Below, in pieces: positions 51,474 through 61,697 of a stretch of 64,000 nt of DNA. Numbering within the stretch: position 1 is the stretch's first letter; the number at the start of each line of letters is the position of its first letter. Made by a program: the position numbers and the translations under genes. Origin of the DNA: an uncultured virus (IMG/VR IMGVR_UViG_2718217648_000002) (taxonomy: Duplodnaviria > Heunggongvirae > Uroviricota > Caudoviricetes); IMG/VR virus record IMGVR_UViG_2718217648_000002, positions 1 to 64,000 of that record. The stretch is one strand, 5' to 3'. Under the pieces are notes generated by a model. The model was not told where the DNA came from. It did not search any database and saw only the letters and a program-made list of their open reading frames with translations.

Positions 51474-53069
51474 ATGTTTAAAGATAATCCGGATTTTTAT
51501 CCGACACCACCACAGTTAATCCGAAAAATGACATCAAAAATAGAATGGAAGCATATTAAGTCTGTTTTAGAGCCGTCAGCAGGTAAAGGGGATTTGGTAG
51601 AAGCTATTCACAATCAATTCAAATACACCAAGAACTATAGAGGGAATTCGAAATATGATATTGATTCAATTGAACAAGATGAAAACTTAAGGCACATCCT
51701 TGAGGGGAAAAGTTATAGAGTGATAGCAGACGATTTTCTGACGTTTAACACTTACAAGAAGTATGATTTGATTTTTATGAATCCACCTTTTAGCAGCGGT
51801 GTTAAACATTTATTAAAGGCGATTGAATTAATTGAAAAGCAACAAAGATCCGGCCAAATTGTTTGCTTACTAAATGCCGAAACATTAAAAAATCCGTATT
51901 CAAATGACAGGAAATTTCTTATACGTAAGCTAGAGGAAATAAATGCAGAAGTTGAATACATTCAAAACGCTTTTTCGAACTCAGAGCGAAACACAGAAGT
52001 TGAAACAGCAATAATTTACATAAGCATTGAAAAACAAGAATATAGCAGCGTTCTAATAGAAGAATTGAAAAAAGATGAGTCACATAGAATTAATGAGGAT
52101 TATAAAGCAACACAGTTGGTGGACTTTATAAAAGGAATTGTAGAACAATTCAACTATGAAATCAAAGCGGGTTTAAAATTAATCAATGAATACAACAGTT
52201 TGAAACCCTTAATGCTGCATAGTTTCAATGATGACAGTACTCCAATATTGAAGCTGCTAATTGATAAGAATACCGAAGAAAATGACATAGAGAATGCATA
52301 TATAAAACAAATTAGGGCGAAGTATTGGAATACGTTATTTAACAATGATCAATTTATGGGGCTCTTCACAAGCAATCTGAAACAAAAGTATTTGGAGCAC
52401 GTTGAGGAATTAAAAGATTATGACTTTTCTTTGTTCAATATCTATACATTGAGAATTCAGATGAGCAAAGAGATGACGCAGGGCGTGGAAGATACAATAC
52501 TTAACCTTTTTGAAGAATTTAGCCACAAGCATTACTATGATGAATCATCAAAAAATGTGCACTTATATAATGGGTGGAAAACAAATAAATCATATAAAAT
52601 TAATAAAAAAATAATTATTCCACTAAACGGGTATTGTAGTTGGCTCGGTCACTATAGTCCAACAGACTACAAGGTCTTAGAAAAGTTGAAAGATATCGAA
52701 AAAGTTTTCAATTACCTTGACAACGGGTTAACAGAAGACATAAACATAGATGAATCTCTAAAACTGGCTAAGCATTACGGTGAAACGAAAAAAATAGAAT
52801 TAAAGTACTTCTATGTAACTTTCTATAAAAAAGGGACATGTCACATTGAGTTTAAAGACAAGGAAATGCTTAAGAAGTTCAATATTTTTGGCAGCCAAAA
52901 GAAAAACTGGCTTCCTCCTTCGTATGGCAAGGTAAAATATCAGGATATGACGGCAGAAGAAAAAGACGTAATAAATGATTTTGAGGGGGCACAATCTTAC
53001 AGTGATACGGTAAATAACGCTTCTTATTATATACTGGATACATCGAAGCTTCTCTTGCTTACATCATAA
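51474..53069 (+). CDS. SAM-dependent amino-DNA methyltransferase with DUF4942-type C-terminus
   Basis: FYPTP, VLEPSAGKG, MNPPF, YFYVTFYKKGTCHIEF. Confidence 0.85.
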   Translation: MFKDNPDFYPTPPQLIRKMTSKIEWKHIKSVLEPSAGKGDLVEAIHNQFKYTKNYRGNSKYDIDSIEQDENLRHILEGKSYRVIADDFLTFNTYKKYDLIFMNPPFSSGVKHLLKAIELIEKQQRSGQIVCLLNAETLKNPYSNDRKFLIRKLEEINAEVEYIQNAFSNSERNTEVETAIIYISIEKQEYSSVLIEELKKDESHRINEDYKATQLVDFIKGIVEQFNYEIKAGLKLINEYNSLKPLMLHSFNDDSTPILKLLIDKNTEENDIENAYIKQIRAKYWNTLFNNDQFMGLFTSNLKQKYLEHVEELKDYDFSLFNIYTLRIQMSKEMTQGVEDTILNLFEEFSHKHYYDESSKNVHLYNGWKTNKSYKINKKIIIPLNGYCSWLGHYSPTDYKVLEKLKDIEKVFNYLDNGLTEDINIDESLKLAKHYGETKKIELKYFYVTFYKKGTCHIEFKDKEMLKKFNIFGSQKKNWLPPSYGKVKYQDMTAEEKDVINDFEGAQSYSDTVNNASYYILDTSKLLLLTS

Positions 53070-53226
53070 CAAAATACACACTTTAAGAATAAAAATAAAA
53101 TAAGTATTGATTATTTAAAATAGTCATGATATACTTAAATCAAGTTAAAACAACAGCGAAAGCATACATATTTTAAGGGTAAAAATAAAATAAAATGCAT
53201 ATTTTAAACAGAATGGAGACATTAAG

Positions 53227-53889
53227 ATGAGTACATATCAAGTAGATTTCAATCAATTCAGAGGAAGTATGGAAACAACATGCGACCTATATAATTTAGA
53301 TAACAATACAACGCTTCAAACCAGCCTTTACCGTAATACTAATAGCCTTTGCATTGAATATAAGGTAATTCAGCGTGATGATAATTCAAATAGTTTTGCG
53401 GAGTACGATACACTTGCCCGTGGTTACATTGAAGTACCTTTGACTTACAATCAATTTAAGAAGCCTGTAAAAAAAGTTTATCTAAATAAAATAATTAACG
53501 CACTAGATTTTATTATTAATCAATATCTTATTATAGAAGATACTTCTCAAGAAATTAACGAACGAGTTCAAATGAAAGTGAGTGCAACTAAAATAAATGA
53601 GGAAGATCAATCTGACTTTACGAATGAAACCTCTAATTCACCAATTGATCAAATTAGGATGGAAAGATGGGACAGGGAATATGACGAGGGAGTTAAATAT
53701 TTCTTTGATAAATACGGGAATAAACGTATAGGGGATATTATTTATATTGATACACAGCAAGAGCTTGAGCATTTAGAACACATAGACTGTGATAATGTGA
53801 TAAGGATTTTTGTAGACAAAGAGCATGAAAATAAAATTAAAGCTATTGTACTTAAAGATATAAACAAACATTATCAAAGAAGTGGATAA
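53227..53889 (+). CDS. Hypothetical protein
   Basis: GGAG RBS, promoter at 53107. Confidence 0.7.
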   Translation: MSTYQVDFNQFRGSMETTCDLYNLDNNTTLQTSLYRNTNSLCIEYKVIQRDDNSNSFAEYDTLARGYIEVPLTYNQFKKPVKKVYLNKIINALDFIINQYLIIEDTSQEINERVQMKVSATKINEEDQSDFTNETSNSPIDQIRMERWDREYDEGVKYFFDKYGNKRIGDIIYIDTQQELEHLEHIDCDNVIRIFVDKEHENKIKAIVLKDINKHYQRSG

Positions 53890-53921
53890 AACAACAATTT
53901 TATACAGGAGATGATGAAGTA

Positions 53922-54152
53922 ATGGCAGTAATGAAAGAAGTGTCAATAGAAGAATATGATTTATTTAGAAAATGGTATTTAAAGTATACCAATAGCAGAG
54001 TCCTAAAAACAAAACAGAGGGCAGGGTTTACGGCTGTTCTTGACAAGAAAACAAAAGAAACTGTTTGTAGCGAAAGTCATCTTATGGGGAAAAGTAGATA
54101 CTTAATTAAACAAAATTATTATGATTTATATGCAGAGGAGGATGCGGAGTAA
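53922..54152 (+). CDS. Hypothetical protein
   Basis: ORF with RBS. Confidence 0.65.
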   Translation: MAVMKEVSIEEYDLFRKWYLKYTNSRVLKTKQRAGFTAVLDKKTKETVCSESHLMGKSRYLIKQNYYDLYAEEDAE

Positions 54153-54397
54153 TGGCTAAATGTAATGATTGTGGTAATGAACGTTTTTTCTACCTAGAGG
54201 TATCGGTGGGAGCCAAACAGCTTATTGATACAACAGGTGGAGCTAGGAACGGAAAGATTTATGATGTAGACTATTCAGATTCAGGTATAGACAATATCTT
54301 CAATAAAGGTAGTTATATTTGTAAAAAATGCGAATCGAAAGACGTACATCATGAGGATGGCGAAGGTGATTATAAACTCTATAATAAATCTGAATAA
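54152..54397 (+). CDS. Small Zn-ribbon protein
   Basis: CNDC and CKKC motifs. Confidence 0.7.
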   Translation: MAKCNDCGNERFFYLEVSVGAKQLIDTTGGARNGKIYDVDYSDSGIDNIFNKGSYICKKCESKDVHHEDGEGDYKLYNKSE

Positions 54398-54427
54398 AAC
54401 AGCAGTTTAATAGGAAAGGGGAATTAT

Positions 54428-54664
54428 ATGCGTGAATTAGAATTATTGCTCTTAGTGATGTGGGCAGAAAATGGTGTTAACGAAGTTTATAAGTATAAAA
54501 ATAGAATCAAGGCATTCCGTGATCCGTTGGTTAATATCGAGTTGATTAATGACTTGAGTTGCGGAGGTATGTTTGCTGACATTGACGACGTTGCAAACCA
54601 CAAGAATGCTTCGTCAGTAGATTATAAAGTAAGTATCGCAACCTTAGTTGAAAATAGAAGATAA
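54428..54664 (+). CDS. Hypothetical protein
   Basis: ORF with RBS. Confidence 0.65.
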   Translation: MRELELLLLVMWAENGVNEVYKYKNRIKAFRDPLVNIELINDLSCGGMFADIDDVANHKNASSVDYKVSIATLVENRR

Positions 54665-54814
54665 TAAGATAAATATTTTATTAAGAGGAATGCCTGTCTA
54701 AATAAAAACACCATTTAATTCGAAACGCTTCTTTATCATCGCAAAGAAAAAATGTAAAATCCACCTATTGGCATGAGTTGTCAATGATATTGAGACGTCA
54801 TTGGGGGGAGAAAT

Positions 54815-55699
54815 TTGAAAAATAAACTTGAAAAATTGCTTCTTGAAAAGGGTGTATGTGAATTTCATATTAAGGAAATGAAGGACACCAAAAATATAAG
54901 TGAGTATCCATATGAATTGTATTATGATGAAGTCGGAAACAGCGAAAAACTATATCGGGATGTCCCGTTAAAAAAAATTAAGAGTTTAGGATTCAGGGGA
55001 ACCAGTGGTGTGTCTTGGTTTGATCACGCGTGTTATAACGGTACAGATAATATTGACATTGGCCGATGTGAAAAAGCTTTTGAATACTTAAAAAAACAAA
55101 GTCTAGAAGAATTTCACACTTATTATCAACACTCACCAGTGAAATTGGTTCATTATGAAGATGATGACTTTTATGCTGTTTACGGTGATGGAACACACCG
55201 TACAATTTGGGCCAAGATAACAGAAGCTCCAACAATTTATGCTCAGGTAACTAGAGCAAGAAAGAATCCTTCCTTATATAAATCATACTTAAGATTTAAA
55301 GAATTAGAATCACAGATTAATAGGTATTTTAAGGAGAATGACCTTAGCTGGGGAGTTAAAAAAAGCCAATACTATTCAGAAATCCTTTACAAAGGTATGC
55401 CAGTAGCACTCTATTCTATAGATCCGCCTTACTCATTTAACCGATCTTCCTACAGTCTCAATGATCAAAAGTTGGATACATGGAATAAGGAATTAAATGA
55501 ATTTATGATTGAGTTTGAAGAAAGTTTTCGCTATAGGAAAATCTTTCGCAATGTTATGAAGGTTACGCCCGGAAAATTAGAGCACAAACTTTTTTCTTTT
55601 ATTGAAAATTTAAGTGAAAGTTGGTCTACAGCTAATGGAAAGGCAAGAATTATAAAACAAGGATTCGATATGTATTGCATCGATAAAAAAATCATTTAA
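54815..55699 (+). CDS. Hypothetical protein with ParB/Srx-like DG.HR motif
   Basis: PVKL......FYAVYGDGTHRT. Confidence 0.55.
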   Translation: MKNKLEKLLLEKGVCEFHIKEMKDTKNISEYPYELYYDEVGNSEKLYRDVPLKKIKSLGFRGTSGVSWFDHACYNGTDNIDIGRCEKAFEYLKKQSLEEFHTYYQHSPVKLVHYEDDDFYAVYGDGTHRTIWAKITEAPTIYAQVTRARKNPSLYKSYLRFKELESQINRYFKENDLSWGVKKSQYYSEILYKGMPVALYSIDPPYSFNRSSYSLNDQKLDTWNKELNEFMIEFEESFRYRKIFRNVMKVTPGKLEHKLFSFIENLSESWSTANGKARIIKQGFDMYCIDKKII

Positions 55700-55712
55700 G
55701 TTACTTTAAAAT

Positions 55713-56276
55713 ATGTACAACAGCATGAGGGATGACGAAGAAACTAAAGGAGAAGTGATGAAAAAGTTAATAATTTTATGTTTGGGTATTATCGGGGTAT
55801 TTCTTATAGTTCAGTGTAGTAAATTTAACAACAATACAAAAGTTTATGTGGATACTCAATTAGAGGTAAATCACGATGATGAAAATGAAAGAAAAAGTTA
55901 TTATGACAATGATTCAAGCCAAGAAAGTGAAGCACTTAATGACAAATATTTAAACAAAGAAGAGAATAAGGAATATGACATTTACGCATATGATTTAAAA
56001 ACTAGGGAAATTCAATCACGTAATGGACAACGTGAATATGTTTATGGAGGCAACGTGATCTCTAGCACTCAAGCCGAAAAATATGGTTATCATACAACAC
56101 CAATTACTAAGGAAGGAGATAAAACAATCAAATTTTGGAGGAACGATGTAAAGTTTGTTCCTGAAAAGGGTGAGATTGTCCTGGTTAGATTTCCTAAGGG
56201 TAATCATAAAACATTTGTTGATATTGAGCTTATGTATAAGCCAACAGGAGAGCCTAATGGAGAATGGAATTGGTGA
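55713..56276 (+). CDS. Secreted/membrane-anchored protein (start probably MKKL near 55758)
   Basis: Signal-like MKKLIILCLGIIGVFLIVQC after AAGGAG. Confidence 0.65.
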   Translation: MYNSMRDDEETKGEVMKKLIILCLGIIGVFLIVQCSKFNNNTKVYVDTQLEVNHDDENERKSYYDNDSSQESEALNDKYLNKEENKEYDIYAYDLKTREIQSRNGQREYVYGGNVISSTQAEKYGYHTTPITKEGDKTIKFWRNDVKFVPEKGEIVLVRFPKGNHKTFVDIELMYKPTGEPNGEWNW

Positions 56277-56339
56277 ACAAAAACACTACTTTATTTTAAA
56301 ACGGGAATCGGGCTGCCTACATAAGAACAGCCCTTGCAG

Positions 56340-57431
56340 TTAGCTCGCAATCCTTGTTTTGACTGGTTTGTTTTTCTTGATATTACGTAATTTAAGAGCG
56401 GGTTTTTCCACTATTCTGTACGAAAGAAATGCGGATGCAGCAGTAACAGCAATTAGGGCTATGATCAGCGGGTAATCAGACAATGTTTTATTAATTCCAG
56501 TGTATAAGAAGATGTTGATGATCACCATGTGCCATATGAAAATCCCCATACTTATATCGTCTAACCGGTTCAGCTGTCGCAATATCTTCGGCCCATTGTA
56601 ACCAAACCAGACGAGTGCATAGCTCAGAGGTACGAACCATAAAAAGCTCCATAAGGTGCTGTTTATTGAACTGAGATGCAGAAGGTCAAGTTTATAGAAT
56701 AAAAATAAAATTACCGAAGACAAAAATAAAACGATATGCTGCGGTAACTTGCTCCATGCCTTAGCCCAGAAGATGCCCAAAGTGAAATAAAACATCTGCG
56801 GCAGGAAAGAATGTAAGTACAGGTTACCGAACACACTGCCAGGCGCGAACTTTAAAATTATGAAAGAGACTAACACACTGAAAGCGGAAACAGCAAAAGA
56901 GCAAAGAATCATTTTTGGGAATCCGAAACGTTTATAAAACCAATAAATTGCGGGTAACACCAGGTAAAAGCTAATCTGAACAGGAATTGTCCAAAGTGAA
57001 TCGTTAAGGCGACCTGTGCCGATGTGATGGAATATGTCAGGGAAGTATTGAGGGTATAACACAAAATTGCTAAGAAGCCATGTCCAGTACTCTTTAGTAG
57101 TGAATACTGTTAATGAAAGAGCTCCTAGAACAATTAACAGGATGGTGGAGACGATAGCATAGGTGTATATAGCGGGTGCGATCCTAATAATTCGGCTCCA
57201 ATAAAAATCGGTTACATTATTACCTTTAAGCTGAGATCTCTCATAAGAAGTAAAAAGAAAAAATGCACTTAGAAAAAAGAAGATTGATATGCCGGTGTGA
57301 AATATTGCTTTGCTCTCTGGGGTATAACCAAAGACAGAAATATTTAGATCTCTTGTAGCATGACCAATCAACACACAAAGAGCAGCAAACAGCCTGATAA
57401 CAAAGAAACAGTTAGAATGTTTTACGTTCAT
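56340..57431 (-). CDS. Acyltransferase family 3 (OafA-like) membrane O-acyltransferase
   Basis: R..AAL.V...H, FFFLS.F, RI.RI.P, LWTI, S...Y..VEKP motifs; about 10 TMs. Confidence 0.9.
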   Translation of the reverse strand: MNVKHSNCFFVIRLFAALCVLIGHATRDLNISVFGYTPESKAIFHTGISIFFFLSAFFLFTSYERSQLKGNNVTDFYWSRIIRIAPAIYTYAIVSTILLIVLGALSLTVFTTKEYWTWLLSNFVLYPQYFPDIFHHIGTGRLNDSLWTIPVQISFYLVLPAIYWFYKRFGFPKMILCSFAVSAFSVLVSFIILKFAPGSVFGNLYLHSFLPQMFYFTLGIFWAKAWSKLPQHIVLFLSSVILFLFYKLDLLHLSSINSTLWSFLWFVPLSYALVWFGYNGPKILRQLNRLDDISMGIFIWHMVIINIFLYTGINKTLSDYPLIIALIAVTAASAFLSYRIVEKPALKLRNIKKNKPVKTRIAS

Positions 57432-57734
57432 TAAAAGAACCTCTTTCCTATACCATATGGCGAATAAGCAGTAAGGCTGCCTATAAGCAGTGATGATTAT
57501 ATCATAAAAATGGAAGATTTGTTCTTAAAAATGAACTAAAATAAATATTTTTGTTCTTAATAAGGTATATTTGTGTGATGTAGGGAGGTATAGATACTTA
57601 TAAATACACGTAGATATTCATAGATACATGTATATCTAGCTATATCAAGGAGAATGCAGATAAATTAAGAAGCCTCTGCCTGTTCTTTCACCTTTATTTC
57701 CAATATAGTATAATTTGGAAAAGGGGGAGAGGGA

Positions 57735-58172
57735 ATGAAAAAGCTAATCTTTTTGGCTGTGATTTGCATTGGTTTTATATTGAGTTTTAACACACCAAGT
57801 GCTGAGGCGAAGCTTACATTAGACTACAAAAATGTGGATTTTCACATGAGTGAGGATTCAGAGAGTTTTTCAATGGCAGATTATTTTGATCGGAATTTTG
57901 ATCGCACTTGGCTCTTCTACAAATTCACAATTAACAATGCTGAAGGGTGTACTCTAAATATGAAAATCAGTAGGATAACTCTTGCTGGCTGGGTATTTCC
58001 ACGTAGTGAGAAGCAGTTTGTAGGGAACTATGCTGACTATACTGCTACAGATCGAGTAGAGGGAGATGCTAATCGTAATCATGTGTTAGAGATTACAAAG
58101 AATCCAGGCTGCGGAGATGTGTGGATTAAAGGTATTTATGGATTTGAACATGAAGATTCATTTGATTGGTAA
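57735..58172 (+). CDS. Secreted protein with cleavable signal peptide
   Basis: MKKLIFLAVICIGFILSFNTPSAEA; terminator at ~58185-58210. Confidence 0.75.
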   Translation: MKKLIFLAVICIGFILSFNTPSAEAKLTLDYKNVDFHMSEDSESFSMADYFDRNFDRTWLFYKFTINNAEGCTLNMKISRITLAGWVFPRSEKQFVGNYADYTATDRVEGDANRNHVLEITKNPGCGDVWIKGIYGFEHEDSFDW

Positions 58173-58265
58173 GCTTGATACATAGTCAAGGTATATCCTT
58201 GACCTTTTTTATGGATATAATGATAATTTAAAGTGATCATACATAATGAATGCGAGGTAGTAACA

Positions 58266-58469
58266 TTGATTAAATCAAATTTAAAGCCAATATTAGACGA
58301 AAGGAATATCAGTATTCGAAAGCTGTCCAATGATATTGATCATGGTTTTAACACAGTCAGGAAGCTGTATCATGATGAAATGGAGCGGTACCCAAGGGAT
58401 CTGTTGGATAAAGTCTGTACATATTTAGACATTGAGCTGCATGAGCTGTTGATTTACAAAAAAGATTAA
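58266..58469 (+). CDS. XRE/Cro-C1 HTH regulator (YopB-like)
   Basis: TTG start after [23 protein letters not shown]...[15 protein letters not shown]. Confidence 0.85.
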   Translation: MIKSNLKPILDERNISIRKLSNDIDHGFNTVRKLYHDEMERYPRDLLDKVCTYLDIELHELLIYKKD

Positions 58470-58586
58470 AAAGATATTGATCACTTAAAGTGATCATGGT
58501 ATACTAAAGTTACAAGAACAGTAAATACTTACAAATTTTATAGGTCTACATAAAATCGTACTTTCATAGGGAAAAGAGGAAAAGAA

Positions 58587-58901
58587 ATGTTGCCAACTTC
58601 TTTAAAAGCAAAAGTTCAGCGAATTTTATTAAAAGGTAGCTTTAAAAAATCTGAGAGCTCTAAAAGCAGAGTAAAAGGACTAAGCAATATTTCAGCGGGT
58701 TTCACTTTTGAGAAGATGTTTGACGACGGTTACTGCCTCTATTATACATGCGGTAATATGACTTTCCGGGGAATGCCAAACGAAAAAAAGGATAATCAAA
58801 CAGAAAAAATGTATCACTTCTTATTGGATCAGGGTCTTCAAAAAAATATTGAATTGACAGAGTTTGGAAATAAAAAAGTAATCTTGTTGAAAGTGGAATA
58901 A
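58587..58901 (+). CDS. Hypothetical protein
   Basis: RBS, promoter at 58477. Confidence 0.65.
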   Translation: MLPTSLKAKVQRILLKGSFKKSESSKSRVKGLSNISAGFTFEKMFDDGYCLYYTCGNMTFRGMPNEKKDNQTEKMYHFLLDQGLQKNIELTEFGNKKVILLKVE

Positions 58902-58960
58902 TTGCGAGACACTTTGAGGAGTAGCATAAATTTGCACTTTACAACAAAGGGAGAGATAAA

Positions 58961-59350
58961 ATGAGAGAGGAAATTCAAGTGTTACTTGAAGAAATTGAAG
59001 AATTAGAAATGGCTTTAAGTAAGTCCGATAACAATACTGTTTCTGTGGTTCTTCAAGAGGCAATTGATAAAAGACGCAATGAAATTGGCGAACTAAAGCC
59101 AAATGGGTACGTCATAGCAGACGTAGTCCTTAAAGACGGTACCGAGTTAAAACGGTGCTTAGTTTTTACTGTAACAGATCGACTAGGGTCACAAGCTGTA
59201 ACTGAATTAGTTGAAGCAAGAGAAATCTTCGAAAAAGATAAAGCGGTTTATTTGCAACAGGAATATGAGGATGGAAACTTTGCAGGGGATATAGGAGTAC
59301 ACGAAATAGCAACATACAACCTTGAATATGAAAATGGTGTTAATGAATAA
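58961..59350 (+). CDS. Hypothetical acidic protein
   Basis: GGGAG RBS. Confidence 0.7.
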   Translation: MREEIQVLLEEIEELEMALSKSDNNTVSVVLQEAIDKRRNEIGELKPNGYVIADVVLKDGTELKRCLVFTVTDRLGSQAVTELVEAREIFEKDKAVYLQQEYEDGNFAGDIGVHEIATYNLEYENGVNE

Positions 59351-59389
59351 AATCATTCTTTCATCTTAATTAATAAAGGAGAGTACATA

Positions 59390-59707
59390 ATGTATAGATT
59401 CATATCAGAGCTGAATTTAGACGACTCGACAATTCAAAGGATGGATAAATCCCAAAGCTTTAAATACATCGGTGGTTTTTATATGTATGATCCCCAGCAA
59501 ATCGAATGGCCAATCCCAGAAGGAGAATCATCTTCGCTCAGTGATTTAGCCCATTTAAGTTTTAATTCTTATGACTGTGAAAACCAAATGATCGCGGATA
59601 TGAAAAGGGAATTCACTGAAGAAAAGTTGTTAAATATTTTTAATTCTGAGTGTCCAGAAACAGCTTTTAATGACGCTGCTTCAAGAATCATTGAAAAATA
59701 TAATTAA
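59390..59707 (+). CDS. Hypothetical protein
   Basis: AAGGAG RBS. Confidence 0.65.
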   Translation: MYRFISELNLDDSTIQRMDKSQSFKYIGGFYMYDPQQIEWPIPEGESSSLSDLAHLSFNSYDCENQMIADMKREFTEEKLLNIFNSECPETAFNDAASRIIEKYN

Positions 59708-59719
59708 GGTGGGTTTTAA

Positions 59720-60193
59720 TTGGCTAGAGATAAAGAATGGGTTAAAATAAGCGAACTTTCTGAAGAAGAAAAACAAAGCTTGACTGCCGGTACTGCAGTT
59801 CTGCTGCATGATAATTACTATAATGGGTCGTCAGAAAAAGCTTCCTTGATAAGAAAAAAAGGTTCTCAAGGAAGACTAGAAGACAAGTATTACGAATTGA
59901 ACGGTCAAATGGTTAGAATTCTTTTCGGAAGCAGAATCTTAAAAGTCCCTTCTTCTTTATTATCTGTTCCAGTTGCAATCGACAGGGAACAGGAAGTCGA
60001 ACTAAATCTTTCACCAGTCCAAATTGTTAAAGTTATGAAGTCATTAGAACTGTTACTAGACTTAGACAAGGAAGAATTTAAATTTAATCGAGAAGAGATT
60101 GTCCTATTATTGGAGCAGCTAAGTAAGAATCTAGATAGTAATGGTATTGATCCTAACAGAGTAATGAACGAGCTGTTTTCAAGGATTGATTAA
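59720..60193 (+). CDS. Hypothetical protein
   Basis: TTG start, AAGGTGG RBS. Confidence 0.65.
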   Translation: MARDKEWVKISELSEEEKQSLTAGTAVLLHDNYYNGSSEKASLIRKKGSQGRLEDKYYELNGQMVRILFGSRILKVPSSLLSVPVAIDREQEVELNLSPVQIVKVMKSLELLLDLDKEEFKFNREEIVLLLEQLSKNLDSNGIDPNRVMNELFSRID

Positions 60194-60273
60194 GTTGAAA
60201 TGAAACCAGTCTTTTAACCAGTTATGTAAGTCAGGTTGAGTCAGGAATACTTTTTTGAAGGGTTAGATATCAA

Positions 60274-60906
60274 ATGACGATGCTAATAGCAGTTAAATTC
60301 GACAATAGCATAGTAATGACTGCTGACAAAAGAGTGACTACTACAAATAGCTTGGGCCGAATTTTAAAAGTGGAATCAGATGAATATAAGAAAATAAAAA
60401 TTATTAATAAGAAGTACGTAATTTCTTTTGCAGGTAGAATGTTTATTGCAGAAAAAGCTTTTGATTTTATTGATCAAAAAAGCGATATTTTGAACAGTAA
60501 TATTGATCCACTCTTATTTTTTAGAGAAGCTTTTAATTACGGAAAATCATGTTTTGAAGCATATTATTCTGGTATTAACCCACTTTCCGTATTTTTTGTT
60601 GGATATATTAAACCAGACGAAAGACCACAATTGTTGGGGTTTTCATCAGATGATAATTACCTTGGATTAGAAATCGATTCAAGTATTAAAATTAATTCTA
60701 ACTCCCCTGATCACGAAGACATGCTTATAAGCGAAACTGTTAATTTTATTTCAACAGAAATGTCAAACCGTCATGCCTATCATGCAAATGAAAGACTTTT
60801 AGAGATTTATTCGGAGGCAATAAAAAGAACCAATGATCCAATGATCGGAAAAACAACTTACTCTGTTATCTTAACTTCTACAGGTGCCGAAGAATACCAT
60901 CATTAA
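60274..60906 (+). CDS. Putative Ntn-hydrolase of proteasome-beta/HslV-like fold
   Basis: M-T start, IAVK...IVMTADKRVT, KIK.I....VISFAG pattern. Confidence 0.6.
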   Translation: MTMLIAVKFDNSIVMTADKRVTTTNSLGRILKVESDEYKKIKIINKKYVISFAGRMFIAEKAFDFIDQKSDILNSNIDPLLFFREAFNYGKSCFEAYYSGINPLSVFFVGYIKPDERPQLLGFSSDDNYLGLEIDSSIKINSNSPDHEDMLISETVNFISTEMSNRHAYHANERLLEIYSEAIKRTNDPMIGKTTYSVILTSTGAEEYHH

Positions 60907-60951
60907 TGTAAAACAGCACGTAAAAATTATAATTAAGTGAGGAGAATGTAA

Positions 60952-61176
60952 ATGATCAAGGTTTATACAAGAGGTCATAAGATACCAAAAAAGATTAAAT
61001 CTTGCATCTCTGAATGGGATTATTGGTCTTGGATTGTAGTTACCAATATTGCAAAGAGGAACAAGGATGCGAAACGACTAATAGAGAAGATTGAAACTGA
61101 TCCAGACAGGATTGCAGAATATAAAACTGAAGATGGAATTGAAGTTTATGTAAGCTACATGATTCCAGTGAAATAG
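60952..61176 (+). CDS. Hypothetical protein
   Basis: GAGGAG RBS. Confidence 0.65.
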   Translation: MIKVYTRGHKIPKKIKSCISEWDYWSWIVVTNIAKRNKDAKRLIEKIETDPDRIAEYKTEDGIEVYVSYMIPVK

Positions 61177-61190
61177 AAAAGAGCATTAAA

Positions 61191-61373
61191 CTAAATGCTC
61201 TTCTTCATACCACATCTACGACACTCACGTAAAAACACACCACTTTTCACTGAACTCTTGAATAAAGCGTAATCACAGTTGTCACAGCGACCATATTTAA
61301 CATCGGGATACTCCTTATAATCATATACAACTGTTACATCGTAGCCATTAGTCTCAAAATCTTTCTCTTCCAT
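61191..61373 (-). CDS. Small Zn-finger protein
   Basis: CDNC and CRRC; AGGTG RBS; TATAGT -10 upstream. Confidence 0.7.
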   Translation of the reverse strand: MEEKDFETNGYDVTVVYDYKEYPDVKYGRCDNCDYALFKSSVKSGVFLRECRRCGMKKSI

Positions 61374-61443
61374 TAAATTTCACCTACACAAAGTATTTAA
61401 CACTACTATAATACCAGACGATGTATATAAGGAGGGTTTTAAT

Positions 61444-61695
61444 TTGATTGGAATAGCATATTTCTTAATGCTCTGGCTTGGTGTAGGCTTTCTGACAGGA
61501 TTTAAGGCCTTATTTGTTGATCAGGTTTATGATGAAGAGTTTAAGCAGGAACTGATTGATTCATTTTCACCAGGTATGGAGCAGAATATGATTGAACTGT
61601 TCTTTAAGAATAAAATAAATATCATGGTGTTTTACATATTAATTGGATTGCTGCCACTGGCCATAAAAATTGCTGGTCTGCTGAAGAGGAGTTAG
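61444..61695 (+). CDS. yopE: YopE-like membrane protein
   Basis: 83 aa, recalled sequence and synteny. Confidence 0.75.
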   Translation: MIGIAYFLMLWLGVGFLTGFKALFVDQVYDEEFKQELIDSFSPGMEQNMIELFFKNKINIMVFYILIGLLPLAIKIAGLLKRS

Positions 61696-61697
61696 CT

